Source: a virus
Taxonomy: Duplodnaviria > Heunggongvirae > Uroviricota > Caudoviricetes
Reading direction: 5' to 3' (one strand)
DNA: 38,423 nucleotides
Virus record (IMG/VR): IMGVR_UViG_2778261634_000009
Location: 1-38,423 of that record
The position numbers were made by a program, and so were the translations under genes. Shown here in pieces: positions 17,659 to 28,949 of this stretch; positions within the stretch are counted from its first letter, which is position 1; each line of letters starts with the position of its first letter. The notes under the pieces are model-generated. The model saw only the letters and a list, made by a program, of their open reading frames with translations, made no database searches and was not told where the DNA came from.

Positions 17659-17901
17659 ATGGCAGAGATTATTCCCATGACTGAAGAACAGAAATTCCAG
17701 TTAGAGATTTACAAACTGGTCATGAACCAGAACGCAGCCGCAGAGGAAGCATTTCAGTTCATTGGTACTGACGAGCTGAAGCTTGAGCTATTCAAAATTC
17801 ACTTCCAGTCAGGCGGCGCTAATTCAGATATCACGATCCGCACATTTGAAGCGGTGCGTAAATCGAAGGAAGCGTTAGACCTGTTCACCACCGGAGCATG
17901 A
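17659..17901 (+). CDS. hypothetical protein
   Basis: 80-aa ORF upstream of the small terminase gene. Confidence 0.45.
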   Translation: MAEIIPMTEEQKFQLEIYKLVMNQNAAAEEAFQFIGTDELKLELFKIHFQSGGANSDITIRTFEAVRKSKEALDLFTTGA

Positions 17902-17902
17902 T

Positions 17903-18082
17903 GTGAGCCGCGTAATCAATTTGGGTAAGGAGAAGAGATTCCCAATTACTCAAGAGCTATACGAGCGGCTGGAAAGCGTCATCCATGATTACGATGGTGA
18001 AATCAGTTTATGCGAGGCGATTGGTACACTCGAATTGCTGAAGCAGTCACTGATTGAAGGCGCGAAAGAGTCCTTAACCTGA
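17903..18082 (+). CDS. hypothetical small protein (59 aa, GTG start)
   Basis: Hand-translated ORF with GGAG 6 nt upstream of GTG; below the ORF-track size cutoff. Confidence 0.3.
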   Translation: MSRVINLGKEKRFPITQELYERLESVIHDYDGEISLCEAIGTLELLKQSLIEGAKESLT

Positions 18083-18105
18083 AATAACGATTAAGTGAGA
18101 TGAAT

Positions 18106-18594
18106 ATGGCAGCACCAAAGGGCAACCGATTTTGGGAGGCCCGCAGTAGTCATGGGCGAAATCCTAAATTCGAATCGCCCGAGGCGCTGTGGGCTGCTTG
18201 TTGTGAATACTTCGAGTGGGTAGAAGCTAACCCGCTATGGGAGATGAAGGCATTCTCGTATCAGGGTGAAGTGATACAAGAGCCTATCGCCAAGATGCGA
18301 GCGATGACCATTACCGGCCTCACTCTGTTCATTGATGTGACGCTTGAAACATGGCGCACATATCGCCTGCGAGAAGATTTATCTGAAGTCGTTACGCGAG
18401 CAGAGCAGGTCATCTACGACCAGAAATTCTCTGGCGCAGCCGCTGACCTTCTCAACGCTAACATCATCGCCCGTGATTTGGGCCTCAAAGAGCAGTCGCA
18501 AGTTGAAGACGTGACACCTGATAAGGGAGATCGCGATAAGCGGCGCTCTCGTATCAAGGAGCTATTCAACCGTGGAACTGGACGCGATTCTTGA
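18106..18594 (+). CDS. terminase small subunit (P22 gene 3 type)
   Basis: [48 protein letters not shown]... matches P22 gp3 as remembered; 162 aa from the third in-frame ATG. Confidence 0.85.
   Translation: MAAPKGNRFWEARSSHGRNPKFESPEALWAACCEYFEWVEANPLWEMKAFSYQGEVIQEPIAKMRAMTITGLTLFIDVTLETWRTYRLREDLSEVVTRAEQVIYDQKFSGAAADLLNANIIARDLGLKEQSQVEDVTPDKGDRDKRRSRIKELFNRGTGRDS
18373..18394. promoter_or_regulatory. pac site for headful packaging, inside the small terminase gene
   Basis: GAAGATTTATCTGAAGTCGTTA matches the 22-bp P22 pac sequence as I remember it. Confidence 0.5.
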
Positions 18595-20071
18595 TAACCT
18601 GAGCGACGAAGAGCAAATCGAATTGCTCGAGCTACTCGAAGAAGAAGAGAACTACCGGAACACACACCTGCTATATGAATTTACGCCATACAGCAAACAG
18701 CGTGAGTTCATCGACGCCGGGCATGACTATCCAGAGCGCTGTTTTATGGCTGGTAACCAGCTTGGTAAGTCATTTACTGGTGCTGCTGAAGTCGCGTTTC
18801 ACCTTACCGGGCGTTATCCGGGCACAAAAGGCTATCCTGCTGATGGTAAATATGGCGGTGAGTGGAAAGGTAAGCGTTTTTATGAGCCTGTTGTCTTTTG
18901 GATTGGTGGCGAGACAAACGAGACTGTAACCAAAACGACTCAACGCATCCTGTGCGGTCGTATCGAAGAGAATGATGAGCCTGGCTACGGTTCCATACCG
19001 AAAGAAGACATCATTAGCTGGAAGAAGTCTCCTTTCTTTCCGAACCTTGTTGATCACCTTCTGGTTAAGCATCACACGGCTGATGGCGTTGAAGATGGCA
19101 TTTCAATCTGCTACTTCAAACCATACTCGCAAGGCCGCGCTCGCTGGCAGGGTGACACAATCCACGGCGTGTGGTTTGACGAAGAGCCACCATACAGCAT
19201 TTATGGCGAAGGCCTTACCCGTACCAACAAATACGGTCAATTCTCAATTCTGACGTTTACCCCGCTAATGGGGATGTCTGACGTTGTTACCAAGTTCCTG
19301 AAGAATCCCAGCAAGTCGCAGAAAGTGGTCAACATGACCATCTATGACGCTGAGCACTATACCGACGAGCAGAAAGAGCAAATCATCGCATCCTATCCCG
19401 AGCATGAGAGAGAGGCGCGTGCTCGCGGTATTCCTACGATGGGTAGCGGTCGAATCTTCCAGATACCGGAAGAGACGATTAAGTGCCAGCCGTTCGAGTG
19501 TCCTGATCACTTCTACGTAATTGGCGGGATGGATTTCGGATGGGATCACCCACAAGCGCAGGTTCAGCTTTGGTGGGATAAGGACGCAGACACAATCTAC
19601 GTTTCACGCGTGTGGAAGGCGAAAGAAAAAACAGCCGTTCAGGCATGGGGAGCTGTTAAATCATGGGCGCATAAAGTGCCAACAGCATGGCCTCATGACG
19701 GAAACCAGCACGAGAAGGGCGGCGGTGAGCAGCTTAAAGGGCAGTACGCGGACGCTGGTTTTATGATGTTGCAGGAGCATGCGACATGGCCTGATGGCGG
19801 TAATGCTGTTGAGCCTGGCATCACTGAATTGCGAGACATGATGCTCGATGGTCGCTTCAAAGTATTCAACACCTGTGAGCCATTCTTTGAGGAGTTCCGC
19901 CTCTATCACCGTGATGAAAACGGGAAGATCGTCAAGCTTAACGACGACGTTCTCTCAGCCGTTCGCTATGCATACATGATGCGCCGCTTCGCCAAAATGA
20001 TGCGCGACATCAAAAAACCAAAAGAGAAAAAGATACCAGCCCCAATCAGGCCCATCGCACGGAGAACTTAA
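18572..20071 (+). CDS. terminase large subunit (P22 gene 2 type)
   Basis: 499-aa ORF, same length as P22 gp2; ATPase Walker A-like GNQLGKS and nuclease-domain acidic residues; overlaps small-subunit gene. Confidence 0.9.
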   Translation: MELDAILDNLSDEEQIELLELLEEEENYRNTHLLYEFTPYSKQREFIDAGHDYPERCFMAGNQLGKSFTGAAEVAFHLTGRYPGTKGYPADGKYGGEWKGKRFYEPVVFWIGGETNETVTKTTQRILCGRIEENDEPGYGSIPKEDIISWKKSPFFPNLVDHLLVKHHTADGVEDGISICYFKPYSQGRARWQGDTIHGVWFDEEPPYSIYGEGLTRTNKYGQFSILTFTPLMGMSDVVTKFLKNPSKSQKVVNMTIYDAEHYTDEQKEQIIASYPEHEREARARGIPTMGSGRIFQIPEETIKCQPFECPDHFYVIGGMDFGWDHPQAQVQLWWDKDADTIYVSRVWKAKEKTAVQAWGAVKSWAHKVPTAWPHDGNQHEKGGGEQLKGQYADAGFMMLQEHATWPDGGNAVEPGITELRDMMLDGRFKVFNTCEPFFEEFRLYHRDENGKIVKLNDDVLSAVRYAYMMRRFAKMMRDIKKPKEKKIPAPIRPIARRT

Positions 20072-22237
20072 ATGGCCGACGAAAACAGACTCAATTCCAT
20101 TCTGTGCAAGTTTGACGCGGACTGGATGGCGAGCGATGAAGCCAGAACCGAGGCGACAAATGACCTGTATTTTAGCCGAGTGTCGCAATGGGATGACTGG
20201 CTATCAAACTACACCACCCTGCAATATCGCGGACAATTCGATGTTGTTCGCCCGGTGGTCAGGAAGCTGGTCGCAGAGATGCGCCGGAACCCTATCGACG
20301 TTCTATTCAGACCAAAAGACGGAGCTAATCCTGATGCTGCCGATGTGCTGATGGGGATGTATCGTACTGATATGCGCCATAACACGGCAAAAATTGCCGT
20401 TAACGTTGGCGTTCGTGAGCAGATAGAGTCCGGCGTTGGTGCATGGCGTCTGGTCACGCAGTACGAAGACAACGACCCAACAAGCAACAATCAGGTAATC
20501 CGACGCCTGCCAATCCATGAAGCCTGCTCACACGTCATATGGGACGCCAACAGCAAGCAGATGGATAAGAGCGACGCTAAGCACTGCACGGTGATTAACG
20601 CCTTGTCGCGCAATGGCTGGAAAGAGTTCGCAGAGGATTACGGTATTGATCCGGACACCTTGCCATCTTTCCAGAATCCGAACGACACATGGCTGTTTCC
20701 GTGGGTATCGAATGATGTCGTCTACGTCGCTGAGTATTACGAGGTAGAAGAGAAGAAGGAGAAAGTCTTCATCTACCGCGACCCGCTGACAGGTGAGCCG
20801 GTCAGCTATTACCAGCAGGATATTAAAGACGTTATCGACGACCTGGCTAATCGTGGATTCATTAAGGTAGCAGAGCGTAAGGTGAAGCGTCGGCGTGTAT
20901 ATAAGTCGATCATCACCTGCACGCAGATACTGAAAGACCGCGAGAAGATAGCTGGAGAGCATATTCCAATCGTTCCAGTGTATGGCGAATGGTCATTCGC
21001 TGGTGACAAGGAGTGCTACGAAGGAGTGGTAAGGCTGACGAAAGACGGTCAACGCCTTCGTAACATGATCATGTCATTCAACGCCGATATTGTTGCTCGC
21101 TCACCGAAGAAGAAACCGACCTTCTTCCCTGAGCAAATCGAAGGCTACGAATACATGTACGGTGGAAATGACGACTATCCGTACTATCTGCAGAACAAGA
21201 CCGATGAAAACGGTAACGACCTGCCGATTGGTCCAATCTCCTACATGGAAAACCCTGAAGTACCGCAGGCCAACGCTTACATGCTTGAGGCTGCCACCAA
21301 CGCAGTGAAAGAGGTGGCTAGTCTTGGCGTGGATGCGCAGGCAGCAAACTCTCAGGTCGCTTTCGATACCGTCAATCAACTGAACATGCGGGCAGACCTT
21401 GAGACATACGTGTTTCAGGATAACCTGGCTACCGCAATGCGACGTGATGGCGAGATTTATGCCTCAATGGTCAACGATATTTATGACGTTCCTCGTCATG
21501 TAACGCTGACACTTGAAGATGGAAGCGAGAAAGACGTTCAACTCTATGCGCAAGTTGTCGATTATCAGTCAGGCAATGTGGTCACACTCAACGACATTCG
21601 CGGTCGCTATGAGTGCTATACGGACGTTGGGCCATCCTTCCAGAGCATGAAGGAACAGAACCGCGCAGAGATTCAGGAATTGCTCACCAAGGTTCCGCAA
21701 GGTACTCCAGAGTTCCAGATGCTGATGCTGCAATACTTCACGCTCCTTGACGGTAAAGGCGTCGAGATGATGCGAGAGTACGCGAACAAGCAACTGGTGA
21801 TGATGGGGCTGAAGAAACCAGAAACACCTGAAGAGATGGAGATGGTGCAACAGGCGCAACAGCAGCCGCAGCAGCCATCAGCAGAGCAAATTCAGGCGCA
21901 GGGTATCCTTCTGCAAGGTCAGGCTGAATTGCTCAAGGCAGAGAACCAACAGGCGCAGATTCAGGTTGAAGCCGCCAAGGTTGAAGCCCAAAACCAACTC
22001 AACGCCGCGAAGATTGCGGAAATCTTCAACAATATGGACCTCGACAAGCAGGCAGAACTGCGTGAGTACCTCAAGCTCGTAGGTCAATTCCAGCAACAGC
22101 GCAGCAAAGACGCTCGTGCTAACGCTGAGCTGCTTCTTAAAGATGCAGACCAGACTCATTCACAACGCATGGATTTCGCGAGTCTTATGCGTCAAGTTCA
22201 AACCCCCTCCGGCGGAGTAGCCGAGACACCTCAATAA
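20072..22237 (+). CDS. portal protein (P22 gene 1 type)
   Basis: 721-aa ORF; extensive match to P22 portal as remembered (N-terminus, [29 protein letters not shown]-rich C-terminal barrel region). Confidence 0.9.
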   Translation: MADENRLNSILCKFDADWMASDEARTEATNDLYFSRVSQWDDWLSNYTTLQYRGQFDVVRPVVRKLVAEMRRNPIDVLFRPKDGANPDAADVLMGMYRTDMRHNTAKIAVNVGVREQIESGVGAWRLVTQYEDNDPTSNNQVIRRLPIHEACSHVIWDANSKQMDKSDAKHCTVINALSRNGWKEFAEDYGIDPDTLPSFQNPNDTWLFPWVSNDVVYVAEYYEVEEKKEKVFIYRDPLTGEPVSYYQQDIKDVIDDLANRGFIKVAERKVKRRRVYKSIITCTQILKDREKIAGEHIPIVPVYGEWSFAGDKECYEGVVRLTKDGQRLRNMIMSFNADIVARSPKKKPTFFPEQIEGYEYMYGGNDDYPYYLQNKTDENGNDLPIGPISYMENPEVPQANAYMLEAATNAVKEVASLGVDAQAANSQVAFDTVNQLNMRADLETYVFQDNLATAMRRDGEIYASMVNDIYDVPRHVTLTLEDGSEKDVQLYAQVVDYQSGNVVTLNDIRGRYECYTDVGPSFQSMKEQNRAEIQELLTKVPQGTPEFQMLMLQYFTLLDGKGVEMMREYANKQLVMMGLKKPETPEEMEMVQQAQQQPQQPSAEQIQAQGILLQGQAELLKAENQQAQIQVEAAKVEAQNQLNAAKIAEIFNNMDLDKQAELREYLKLVGQFQQQRSKDARANAELLLKDADQTHSQRMDFASLMRQVQTPSGGVAETPQ

Positions 22238-22250
22238 GAGAGAGTTAATC

Positions 22251-23162
22251 ATGGACCAAACCACCGACATTCAGGCTTCTGAAGAATTAACCCTGCCCGG
22301 CAATCATGCAGCGGCATCTGCTGATGGCTTAGTTGTCGATAATGCCAACGACAACGCAGGTCAGGAAGAAGGCTTCGAGATTGTCCTGAAAGACGATGAG
22401 AAACCAAAACAAGACCCGGCAACTAATGCTGAATTTGCCCGTCGCCGCATCGAACGCAAACGCCAGCGTGAGCTTGAGCAGCAGATGGAAGCGGTTAAGC
22501 GTGGAGAATTGCCGGAGCACCTGCGGGTGAACCCTGAGTTACCAAAACAACCAGACCCTAACGATTATCTTTCCGAAGATGCGCTGGCTAAGTACGACTA
22601 TGACCAGAGCCGCGCACTGGCTGCCTTCCAGCAGGCAAACAGTGAATGGCAGATCAAGGCTATGGACGCACGAAGCCAGGCTGTCGCCGAGCAGGGTCGC
22701 AAAACTCAGGAGTTCACCCAGCAATCAGCGCAATACGTCGAGGCAGCCCGTAAGCACTACGACGCAGCGGAAAAGCTCAATATCCCTGACTATCAGGAGA
22801 AAGAGGATGCATTCATGCAACTGGTGCCGCCAGCAGTCGGTGCCGACATCATGCGCCTCTTCCCGGAGAAATCCGCCGCTCTCATGTATCACCTTGGTGC
22901 TAATCCTGAGAAAACACGCCAGTTGCTGGCGATGGACGGGCAATCCGCGCTGATTGAACTCACTCGACTGTCAGAACGTTTAACTCTCAAGCCTCGAGCC
23001 AAACCTGTTTCAGAAGCCCCGCTACCTGATGAACCCATTCAGGGACACGCTGTTGCTGCAAATATATCTGCGATTGAAAAGCAGATGGAAGCGGCAGCAA
23101 ACAAAGGGGATGTAGAGACATACCGCAAGCTCAAGGCGCAACTGAATAAAGGAATTCGATAA
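22251..23162 (+). CDS. scaffolding protein (P22 gene 8 type)
   Basis: 303-aa ORF, same length as P22 gp8, helical and charged; between portal and coat. Confidence 0.8.
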   Translation: MDQTTDIQASEELTLPGNHAAASADGLVVDNANDNAGQEEGFEIVLKDDEKPKQDPATNAEFARRRIERKRQRELEQQMEAVKRGELPEHLRVNPELPKQPDPNDYLSEDALAKYDYDQSRALAAFQQANSEWQIKAMDARSQAVAEQGRKTQEFTQQSAQYVEAARKHYDAAEKLNIPDYQEKEDAFMQLVPPAVGADIMRLFPEKSAALMYHLGANPEKTRQLLAMDGQSALIELTRLSERLTLKPRAKPVSEAPLPDEPIQGHAVAANISAIEKQMEAAANKGDVETYRKLKAQLNKGIR

Positions 23163-24457
23163 TGGCATTAAATGAAGGTCAACTGGTCACGTATGCTCTG
23201 GATGAAATCATCGAAACCATCCAGAACCTGACGCCAATGGCGTCCAAAGTGACAAAATACACCCCTCCGGCAGAATCCATGCAACGTTCAAGCAACACCG
23301 TGTGGATGCCTGTTGAGCAGGAAGCGCCAACTCAGACTGGCTGGGATTTAACTGGCAACGCTACCGGTATTCTGGAACTGTCCGTGAAATGCAACATGGG
23401 CGATCCGGATAACGATTTCTTCGAGCTTCGTGCAGATGACCTGCGTGATGAGCGTTCTTACCGTCGCCGCATCCAGGCATCCGCCAAAAAACTGGCGAAT
23501 AACATTGAGTCAGCAATTGCCAAACAGGCAACTGAAATGGGCTCACTTGTTGTTCACGATACCCGCGCAATTGGTCCATCTACTGGCCTGTCTGGCTGGG
23601 ATTTTGTGTCTGATGCAGAGCGCCTGATGTTCTCCCGTGAGCTAAACCGCGATATGGGCATCAGTTACTTCCTGAACCCTGACGATTACCGCAAAGCAGG
23701 CCGCAATCTTGTAGATGGTGACATCTTCGGGCGCGTTCCTGAAGAAGCGTATCGCAACGGTACTATTCAGCGTCAGATTGCTGGCTTTGATGAAATTCTT
23801 CGCTCACCGAAACTTCCGGCAGTTACCAAGTCAACCGCTACTGGTGTAACTGTGTCTGGTGCGCAGAAGTTTAAGCCGCAGGCATACACCCTTGATACCG
23901 ATGGTAACAAAGAGAACGTCGACAACCGTGTTGCAACGGTGACCGTATCCTCCACCACCGGATTTAAGCGCGGCGACAAAATCAGTTTCACTGGTGTGAA
24001 ATTCCTGTCTCAGATGGCGAAGAACGTGCTAACTGATGATGCGACTTTCTCAATCACCCGTGTGATCGATGGTACTCACATCGAAATCACGCCGAAACCG
24101 ATTGCACTGGATGACGCGTCACTGACAAAAGAAGAGAAGGCTTACGCTAACGTAAACACCTCTCTTGCTGATACCACTCCGGTAAACGTTCTGAACGTGG
24201 CAACAACCACCGCTAACGTGTTCTGGGCTGATGACTCAATCCGTCTGCTGTCTCAGCCGATCCCGGTAACCCATGAACTGTTTGCTGGCATGAAAACGTC
24301 TTCCTTCAGCATTCCTGGCATTGGTGTTAACGGCATCTTCGCAACGCAGGGTGATATCAACACTCTGTCTGGTAAGTGCCGTATTGCTGTGTGGTATTCA
24401 GCATGTGCTGTACGACCAGAGGCAATTGGTGTTGGTCTGCCTAACCAGACCGCGTGA
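23162..24457 (+). CDS. major coat protein (P22 gene 5 type)
   Basis: 431-aa ORF directly after scaffold; size and position as P22 gp5 (430 aa). Confidence 0.9.
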   Translation: MALNEGQLVTYALDEIIETIQNLTPMASKVTKYTPPAESMQRSSNTVWMPVEQEAPTQTGWDLTGNATGILELSVKCNMGDPDNDFFELRADDLRDERSYRRRIQASAKKLANNIESAIAKQATEMGSLVVHDTRAIGPSTGLSGWDFVSDAERLMFSRELNRDMGISYFLNPDDYRKAGRNLVDGDIFGRVPEEAYRNGTIQRQIAGFDEILRSPKLPAVTKSTATGVTVSGAQKFKPQAYTLDTDGNKENVDNRVATVTVSSTTGFKRGDKISFTGVKFLSQMAKNVLTDDATFSITRVIDGTHIEITPKPIALDDASLTKEEKAYANVNTSLADTTPVNVLNVATTTANVFWADDSIRLLSQPIPVTHELFAGMKTSSFSIPGIGVNGIFATQGDINTLSGKCRIAVWYSACAVRPEAIGVGLPNQTA

Positions 24458-24500
24458 TAACCAGAGGGAGCTTCGGCTCCCTTTTCTATTGGAGATACCA

Positions 24501-25094
24501 ATGAGCGTAATGATTTTTCAGGCTGGCGGAGATACCAAAATCTGGGGACGCAAGCTGAAAACGAAAACCGTTGATCCTGATGATGTAGCTGTGCACTTAG
24601 CAAATGGCTGGTATAAGCACCCTGACGATGTTCCTGATGATCCTCTTGTTGGTGATCAAATTGGGAGTGTTGGCGGAGGTGAAACTTCCCCAGTTGATAT
24701 GGGCGAAGTGTCCGACGGTTATCACACTTTTAACGAGCTTTACGCTCACCGAGTGCGCCTCTTCTCATCGCTGATGCATGCTTACGCTGAGCTTTCGTGG
24801 TGGTCTCGCAAACACAGTGACGGTGAAGAGTGGGATGGCTGGATCATTGCTGGTATCACCACTCCAGAAGGCGAAATCACTTATCACCTACCTGTTGAAG
24901 AAATCGAGTTCCTTCCTGAAGGTACTGAGCTTGAGTTCGGGAAAGAGTGGGATGGTCATGAAGCAAATGATGTTCTTGGACGACTCCTGAGTTTGCGTCC
25001 GGCTATTGCAGAGCCAGAGCCAGAAGAAAAACAGCGTAAAAAGCCTGGTCGAAAACCTAAGGCGGCAGCAGATGAACCTGACAACGAAGGGTGA
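24501..25094 (+). CDS. hypothetical protein between coat and head-tail adaptor genes
   Basis: Start at internal Met with GGAGA upstream, within track ORF 24321..25094 (whose 5' extension overlaps the coat gene); acidic 197-aa product; 3' end overlaps gene 4 start. Confidence 0.5.
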   Translation: MSVMIFQAGGDTKIWGRKLKTKTVDPDDVAVHLANGWYKHPDDVPDDPLVGDQIGSVGGGETSPVDMGEVSDGYHTFNELYAHRVRLFSSLMHAYAELSWWSRKHSDGEEWDGWIIAGITTPEGEITYHLPVEEIEFLPEGTELEFGKEWDGHEANDVLGRLLSLRPAIAEPEPEEKQRKKPGRKPKAAADEPDNEG

Positions 25095-25572
25095 TTTAGT
25101 TCTTGCGGCATTACGTAAGCTCGGTGTGGCATCAAATGCCACGTTAACCGATGTCGAACCGCAGTCCATGGAAGATGGCGTCAACGACCTTGAAATGATG
25201 ATGGCTGAATGGCTTGGCGGTGATGTGTCACCTGGGATCAACGTTGGCTACATTTTTGCTGATGCAGATGTCGCTCCAGATCCTGGCGATGAGCACGGCT
25301 TATCAAATAACGCTATAAATGCCGTCATTTTCAACCTTGCCTGCCGCATTGCTCCAGATTATGCGCTGGAAGCGTCTGCAAAACTTATAACCACTGCCAG
25401 ATACGGGAAAGAGCGACTCGTCAAACTGTCTGCAATGGACAGAGCAAAAGCTGCTAAATGTAAGTCCGGTTATCCAAACCGTATGCCTGTTGGTAGCGGT
25501 AATCAGTTGGCGAAGTGGAACGGTTGGAATTACTTCCACCGGAAGGAACCTTGCGATAACGGGAGCGAATAA
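25072..25572 (+). CDS. head-tail adaptor / tail accessory factor (P22 gene 4 type)
   Basis: 166 aa from internal Met; [43 protein letters not shown] matches P22 gp4 as remembered. Confidence 0.8.
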   Translation: MNLTTKGDLVLAALRKLGVASNATLTDVEPQSMEDGVNDLEMMMAEWLGGDVSPGINVGYIFADADVAPDPGDEHGLSNNAINAVIFNLACRIAPDYALEASAKLITTARYGKERLVKLSAMDRAKAAKCKSGYPNRMPVGSGNQLAKWNGWNYFHRKEPCDNGSE

Positions 25573-26991
25573 ATGCCGATTCAGCAACTTCCGCTTATGA
25601 AAGGTGTCGGCAAAGACTTCCGAAACGCCGACTATATCGACTATCTGCCAGTGAATATGCTGGCAACCCCCAAAGAAATCCTTAACAGCAGCGGATATCT
25701 TCGTTCATTCCCGGGCATTGCCAAACGTTCTGATGTGAACGGCGTATCGCGCGGCGTCGAGTACAACATGGCGCAGAGTGCTGTTTATCGCGTGTGTGGC
25801 AGCAAGTTGTATAAGGGCGAAAGCGAAGTCGGTGACGTCGCCGGAAGTGGTCGCGTATCAATGGCGCATGGTCGAACATCTCAGGCTGTAGGCGTTAATG
25901 GTCAACTGGTCGAGTATCGCTATGATGGCACGGTTAAAACAGTCTCAAACTGGCCTACAGACAGCGGATTCACGCAGTATGAGTTAGGTTCGGTTCGTGA
26001 CATTACGCGCTTACGTGGGCGTTATGCGTGGTCAAAAGACGGCACTGATTCATGGTTTATCACTGACCTTGGAGATGAATCGCACCCTGACCGATACAGC
26101 GCACAATATCGCGCAGAATCGCAGCCTGACGGCATCATCGGCATCGGAACATGGCGAGACTTCATCGTCTGCTTTGGTTCATCGACGATTGAATATTTTT
26201 CCCTGACTGGTGCAACCACTGTTGGTGCCGCTTTGTATGTCGCCCAGCCATCGTTGATGGTGCAAAAAGGAATCGCCGGAACCTACTGCAAAACGCCGTT
26301 TGCTGATTCGTATGCGTTCATCAGCAATCCGGCAACAGGTGCGCCGTCTGTTTACATCATCGGCTCCGGTCAGGTATCACCAATCGCCAGCGCGAGCATT
26401 GAGAAAATACTACGCTCCTACACTGCTGATGAACTGGCTGATGGCGTGATGGAATCGTTGCGGTTTGATGCTCATGAGTTGCTGATTATTCACCTGCCGC
26501 GCCATGTTCTTGTTTACGACGCATCTTCAAGCGCCAATGGTCCGCAATGGTGTGTGCTGAAAACAGGCTTGTATGACGATGTGTACCGCGCTATCGACTT
26601 CATTTACGAAGGCAATCAGATAACGTGTGGCGATAAGCTGGAATCGGTGACCGGGAAATTGCAATTCGATATATCTTCACAATACGAAAAACAACAAGAG
26701 CATATTTTATATTCCCCTCTAATAAAGGCTGATAACGTTTTAATAAATGACCTTGAATTAGAAACATCTGGCGGCGTGTGTGATAGAATAGATAGAATAT
26801 TTATATCAGCCACTACAGATGGGATTAATTACGGTCGTGAGCAAATGGTCGTATTACAAAAACCATTTGTATATGACAATCGCGTTTTATGGCGAAAAGT
26901 TGGTCGAGTTAGACGTCTCATTGGATTTAAATTCAGAGTTATTGCAAAAGGTCCTGTTACATTATCAGGCCTTTCTATTCGTGTAACATAA
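25573..26991 (+). CDS. tail hub protein (P22 gene 10 type)
   Basis: 472-aa ORF, same length as P22 gp10, following gene 4; last roughly 110 codons visibly AT-rich. Confidence 0.8.
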   Translation: MPIQQLPLMKGVGKDFRNADYIDYLPVNMLATPKEILNSSGYLRSFPGIAKRSDVNGVSRGVEYNMAQSAVYRVCGSKLYKGESEVGDVAGSGRVSMAHGRTSQAVGVNGQLVEYRYDGTVKTVSNWPTDSGFTQYELGSVRDITRLRGRYAWSKDGTDSWFITDLGDESHPDRYSAQYRAESQPDGIIGIGTWRDFIVCFGSSTIEYFSLTGATTVGAALYVAQPSLMVQKGIAGTYCKTPFADSYAFISNPATGAPSVYIIGSGQVSPIASASIEKILRSYTADELADGVMESLRFDAHELLIIHLPRHVLVYDASSSANGPQWCVLKTGLYDDVYRAIDFIYEGNQITCGDKLESVTGKLQFDISSQYEKQQEHILYSPLIKADNVLINDLELETSGGVCDRIDRIFISATTDGINYGREQMVVLQKPFVYDNRVLWRKVGRVRRLIGFKFRVIAKGPVTLSGLSIRVT

Positions 26992-27012
26992 ATCGAAACT
27001 CAAGGAGTAGAT

Positions 27013-27546
27013 ATGTTAAGTGAAAACGCAAAAGATATCGAAGGATATGAAGGACTGTACGCCATCACTAATGATGGTAGAGTTTACTCGCATTCAAGAG
27101 TAAATTTGAGGGGGCGTCTTATTAAGGGGAGGTGGCTGAAGCATAATCATAACGTAAATGGATATAAGTATGTGTGCTTATATAAGGATGGCGTAAAAAA
27201 GAACATACTAATACATAAGCTTGTTGCATCTCACTTTGTCGGTGGATTTGCTGAAGGGTTACAGGTTAATCATATAGATGGTGATAAGTATAATAATAAC
27301 TATCTAAATCTTGAATGGGTTACTCCATCAGGAAACATCTCACACTCATATGGATTGGAATCGAGAGGTAATGTAAAAGGAGAAAGGAATGGTAATTCTA
27401 AAATATCTAATGATGATGTCATAAAGATAAAAGAAATGGTTGCCAATGGATTTCCTCAGTGTGAAGTTGCTAAATTATTTGGAATTCACAATTCAAAGGT
27501 TAGTAGAATTGTAAATGGCAAGGCATGGAGGCATGTTAATGGCTGA
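27013..27546 (+). CDS. HNH homing endonuclease (NUMOD4 N-terminal motif plus HNH_3 core, C-terminal HTH-like region)
   Basis: [16 protein letters not shown] is the NUMOD4 signature; [11 protein letters not shown]...[20 protein letters not shown] is the HNH core; AT-rich; inserted between tail genes 10 and 26. Confidence 0.8.
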   Translation: MLSENAKDIEGYEGLYAITNDGRVYSHSRVNLRGRLIKGRWLKHNHNVNGYKYVCLYKDGVKKNILIHKLVASHFVGGFAEGLQVNHIDGDKYNNNYLNLEWVTPSGNISHSYGLESRGNVKGERNGNSKISNDDVIKIKEMVANGFPQCEVAKLFGIHNSKVSRIVNGKAWRHVNG

Positions 27547-28492
27547 TTCGAATCTCAATGTGCCGGTAATCATTCAGGCTACACGGCTCGATACATCAAT
27601 ACTTCCACGCAATATCTTCTCTCAGTCGTATCTGCTTTACGTTATTGCACAGGGCACTGATGTTGGTAACGTAGCTAACAAGGCCAACGAGGCCGGACAG
27701 GGCGCTTATGACGCACAAGTCAGGAACGATGAGCAGGATGTCACCCTTGCAGACCATGAATCCAGAATTGAAGCTGCTGAAGCAACTATCATCAATCATG
27801 AACATAGAATTGCAGCAGCGGAAAGCACTCTTGCAGATCATGAAACAAGGATTACGGCTGCTGAAACAGAGCTGGCTGATCACGAGACGCGAATTGCTGC
27901 CAATGAATCTGAGTTAGCAGATCATGATGCGCGCATAACTCAGAATACAACCGATATCGACGCACTTGATACCAGGCTCACAGCGGCAGAGGGGAGTATT
28001 TCGACGCTACAAAGCACAGTTGGTGATCACTCAACAAGAATATCTGCGCTTGAGTATGCCACCACGCGCAAGAAATCAGAGGTTGTTTACTCAGGGGTAT
28101 CGGTAACAATTCCGACAGCGCCTACCAACCTTGTTAGCCTGCTGAAAACGCTCACGCCGTCATCCGGCACGTTGGCACCATTCTTCGACACCGTTAACAA
28201 CAAGATGGTTGTGTTCAACGAGAACAAAACCTTGTTCTTCAAGCTGTCGATTGTCGGGACGTGGCCCAGCGGAACCGCCAACAGGTCAATGCAGCTAACC
28301 TTTTCCGGCTCTGTTCCTGACACGTTGGTCAGCAGTCGTAATGCGGCGACAACAACCGACAACATCCTGTTAGCTACGTTCTTCAGCGTGGATAAAGACG
28401 GATTTCTTGCCACAAATGGCAGTACGTTAACCATTCAGTCAAATGGGGCGACGTTTACTGCCACAACCATCAAGATAATCGCGGAGCAGTGA
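27539..28492 (+). CDS. tail needle (P22 gene 26 type) with divergent C-terminal knob-like domain
   Basis: N-terminus [43 protein letters not shown] matches P22 gp26; central heptad repeats ADHE(S/T)RI; C-terminal about 120 aa unlike P22, Thr/Ser-rich beta-type sequence; start overlaps HNH stop. Confidence 0.85.
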   Translation: MADSNLNVPVIIQATRLDTSILPRNIFSQSYLLYVIAQGTDVGNVANKANEAGQGAYDAQVRNDEQDVTLADHESRIEAAEATIINHEHRIAAAESTLADHETRITAAETELADHETRIAANESELADHDARITQNTTDIDALDTRLTAAEGSISTLQSTVGDHSTRISALEYATTRKKSEVVYSGVSVTIPTAPTNLVSLLKTLTPSSGTLAPFFDTVNNKMVVFNENKTLFFKLSIVGTWPSGTANRSMQLTFSGSVPDTLVSSRNAATTTDNILLATFFSVDKDGFLATNGSTLTIQSNGATFTATTIKIIAEQ

Positions 28493-28947
28493 TGATTCAG
28501 TTCAAACCAACGCGAAACATCGACCTGATAGAAGCAGTCGGAAATCACCCTGACATTATTGCCGGGAGCAACAACGGTGATGGATACGACTACAAACCTG
28601 AATGCCGTTACTTTGAAGTGAACGTGCACGGGCAGTTCGGCGGCATTGTTTACTATCAGGAGATTCAGCCGCTGACATTCGATTGCCACGCCATGTACCT
28701 GCCAGAGATTCGTGGATTCAGCAAGGAAATCGGGCTGGCGTTCTGGCGATACATTCTGACTAACACCACCGTTCAGTGCGTCACATCGTTCGCTGCGCGC
28801 AAATTCCGCCACGGTCAGATGTATTGCGCAATGATTGGCCTTAAGCGTGTAGGAACCATCAAGAAATACTTCAAAGGCGTGGATGACGTGACTTTTTACA
28901 GCGCCACACGCGAAGAACTAATCGACTTCCTGAATCACGGGAGATAG
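28489..28947 (+). CDS. virion assembly protein in the P22 gene 14 position
   Basis: 152-aa ORF with ATGA overlap to the needle gene; assigned by synteny only. Confidence 0.5.
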   Translation: MMIQFKPTRNIDLIEAVGNHPDIIAGSNNGDGYDYKPECRYFEVNVHGQFGGIVYYQEIQPLTFDCHAMYLPEIRGFSKEIGLAFWRYILTNTTVQCVTSFAARKFRHGQMYCAMIGLKRVGTIKKYFKGVDDVTFYSATREELIDFLNHGR

Positions 28948-28949
28948 CC

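Noticed and set aside
20528-20962. 144-aa minus-strand ORF (and other antisense track ORFs such as 20209..20490, 21569..21859, 21878..22159) inside the portal gene
   Set aside because: Entirely embedded antisense in a well-supported conserved gene, without ribosome-binding sites; judged shadow ORFs.
24321-24500. N-terminal extension of the ORF downstream of coat (track start at 24321)
   Set aside because: The extension overlaps the 3' end of the coat gene in another frame; the internal ATG at 24501 has a ribosome-binding site and lies just past the coat stop, so that start was preferred.
27760-27960. Tandem DNA repeat in the tail needle gene
   Set aside because: The periodicity is the coding image of the ADHETRI heptad repeat of the trimeric coiled coil, not a non-coding repeat array.
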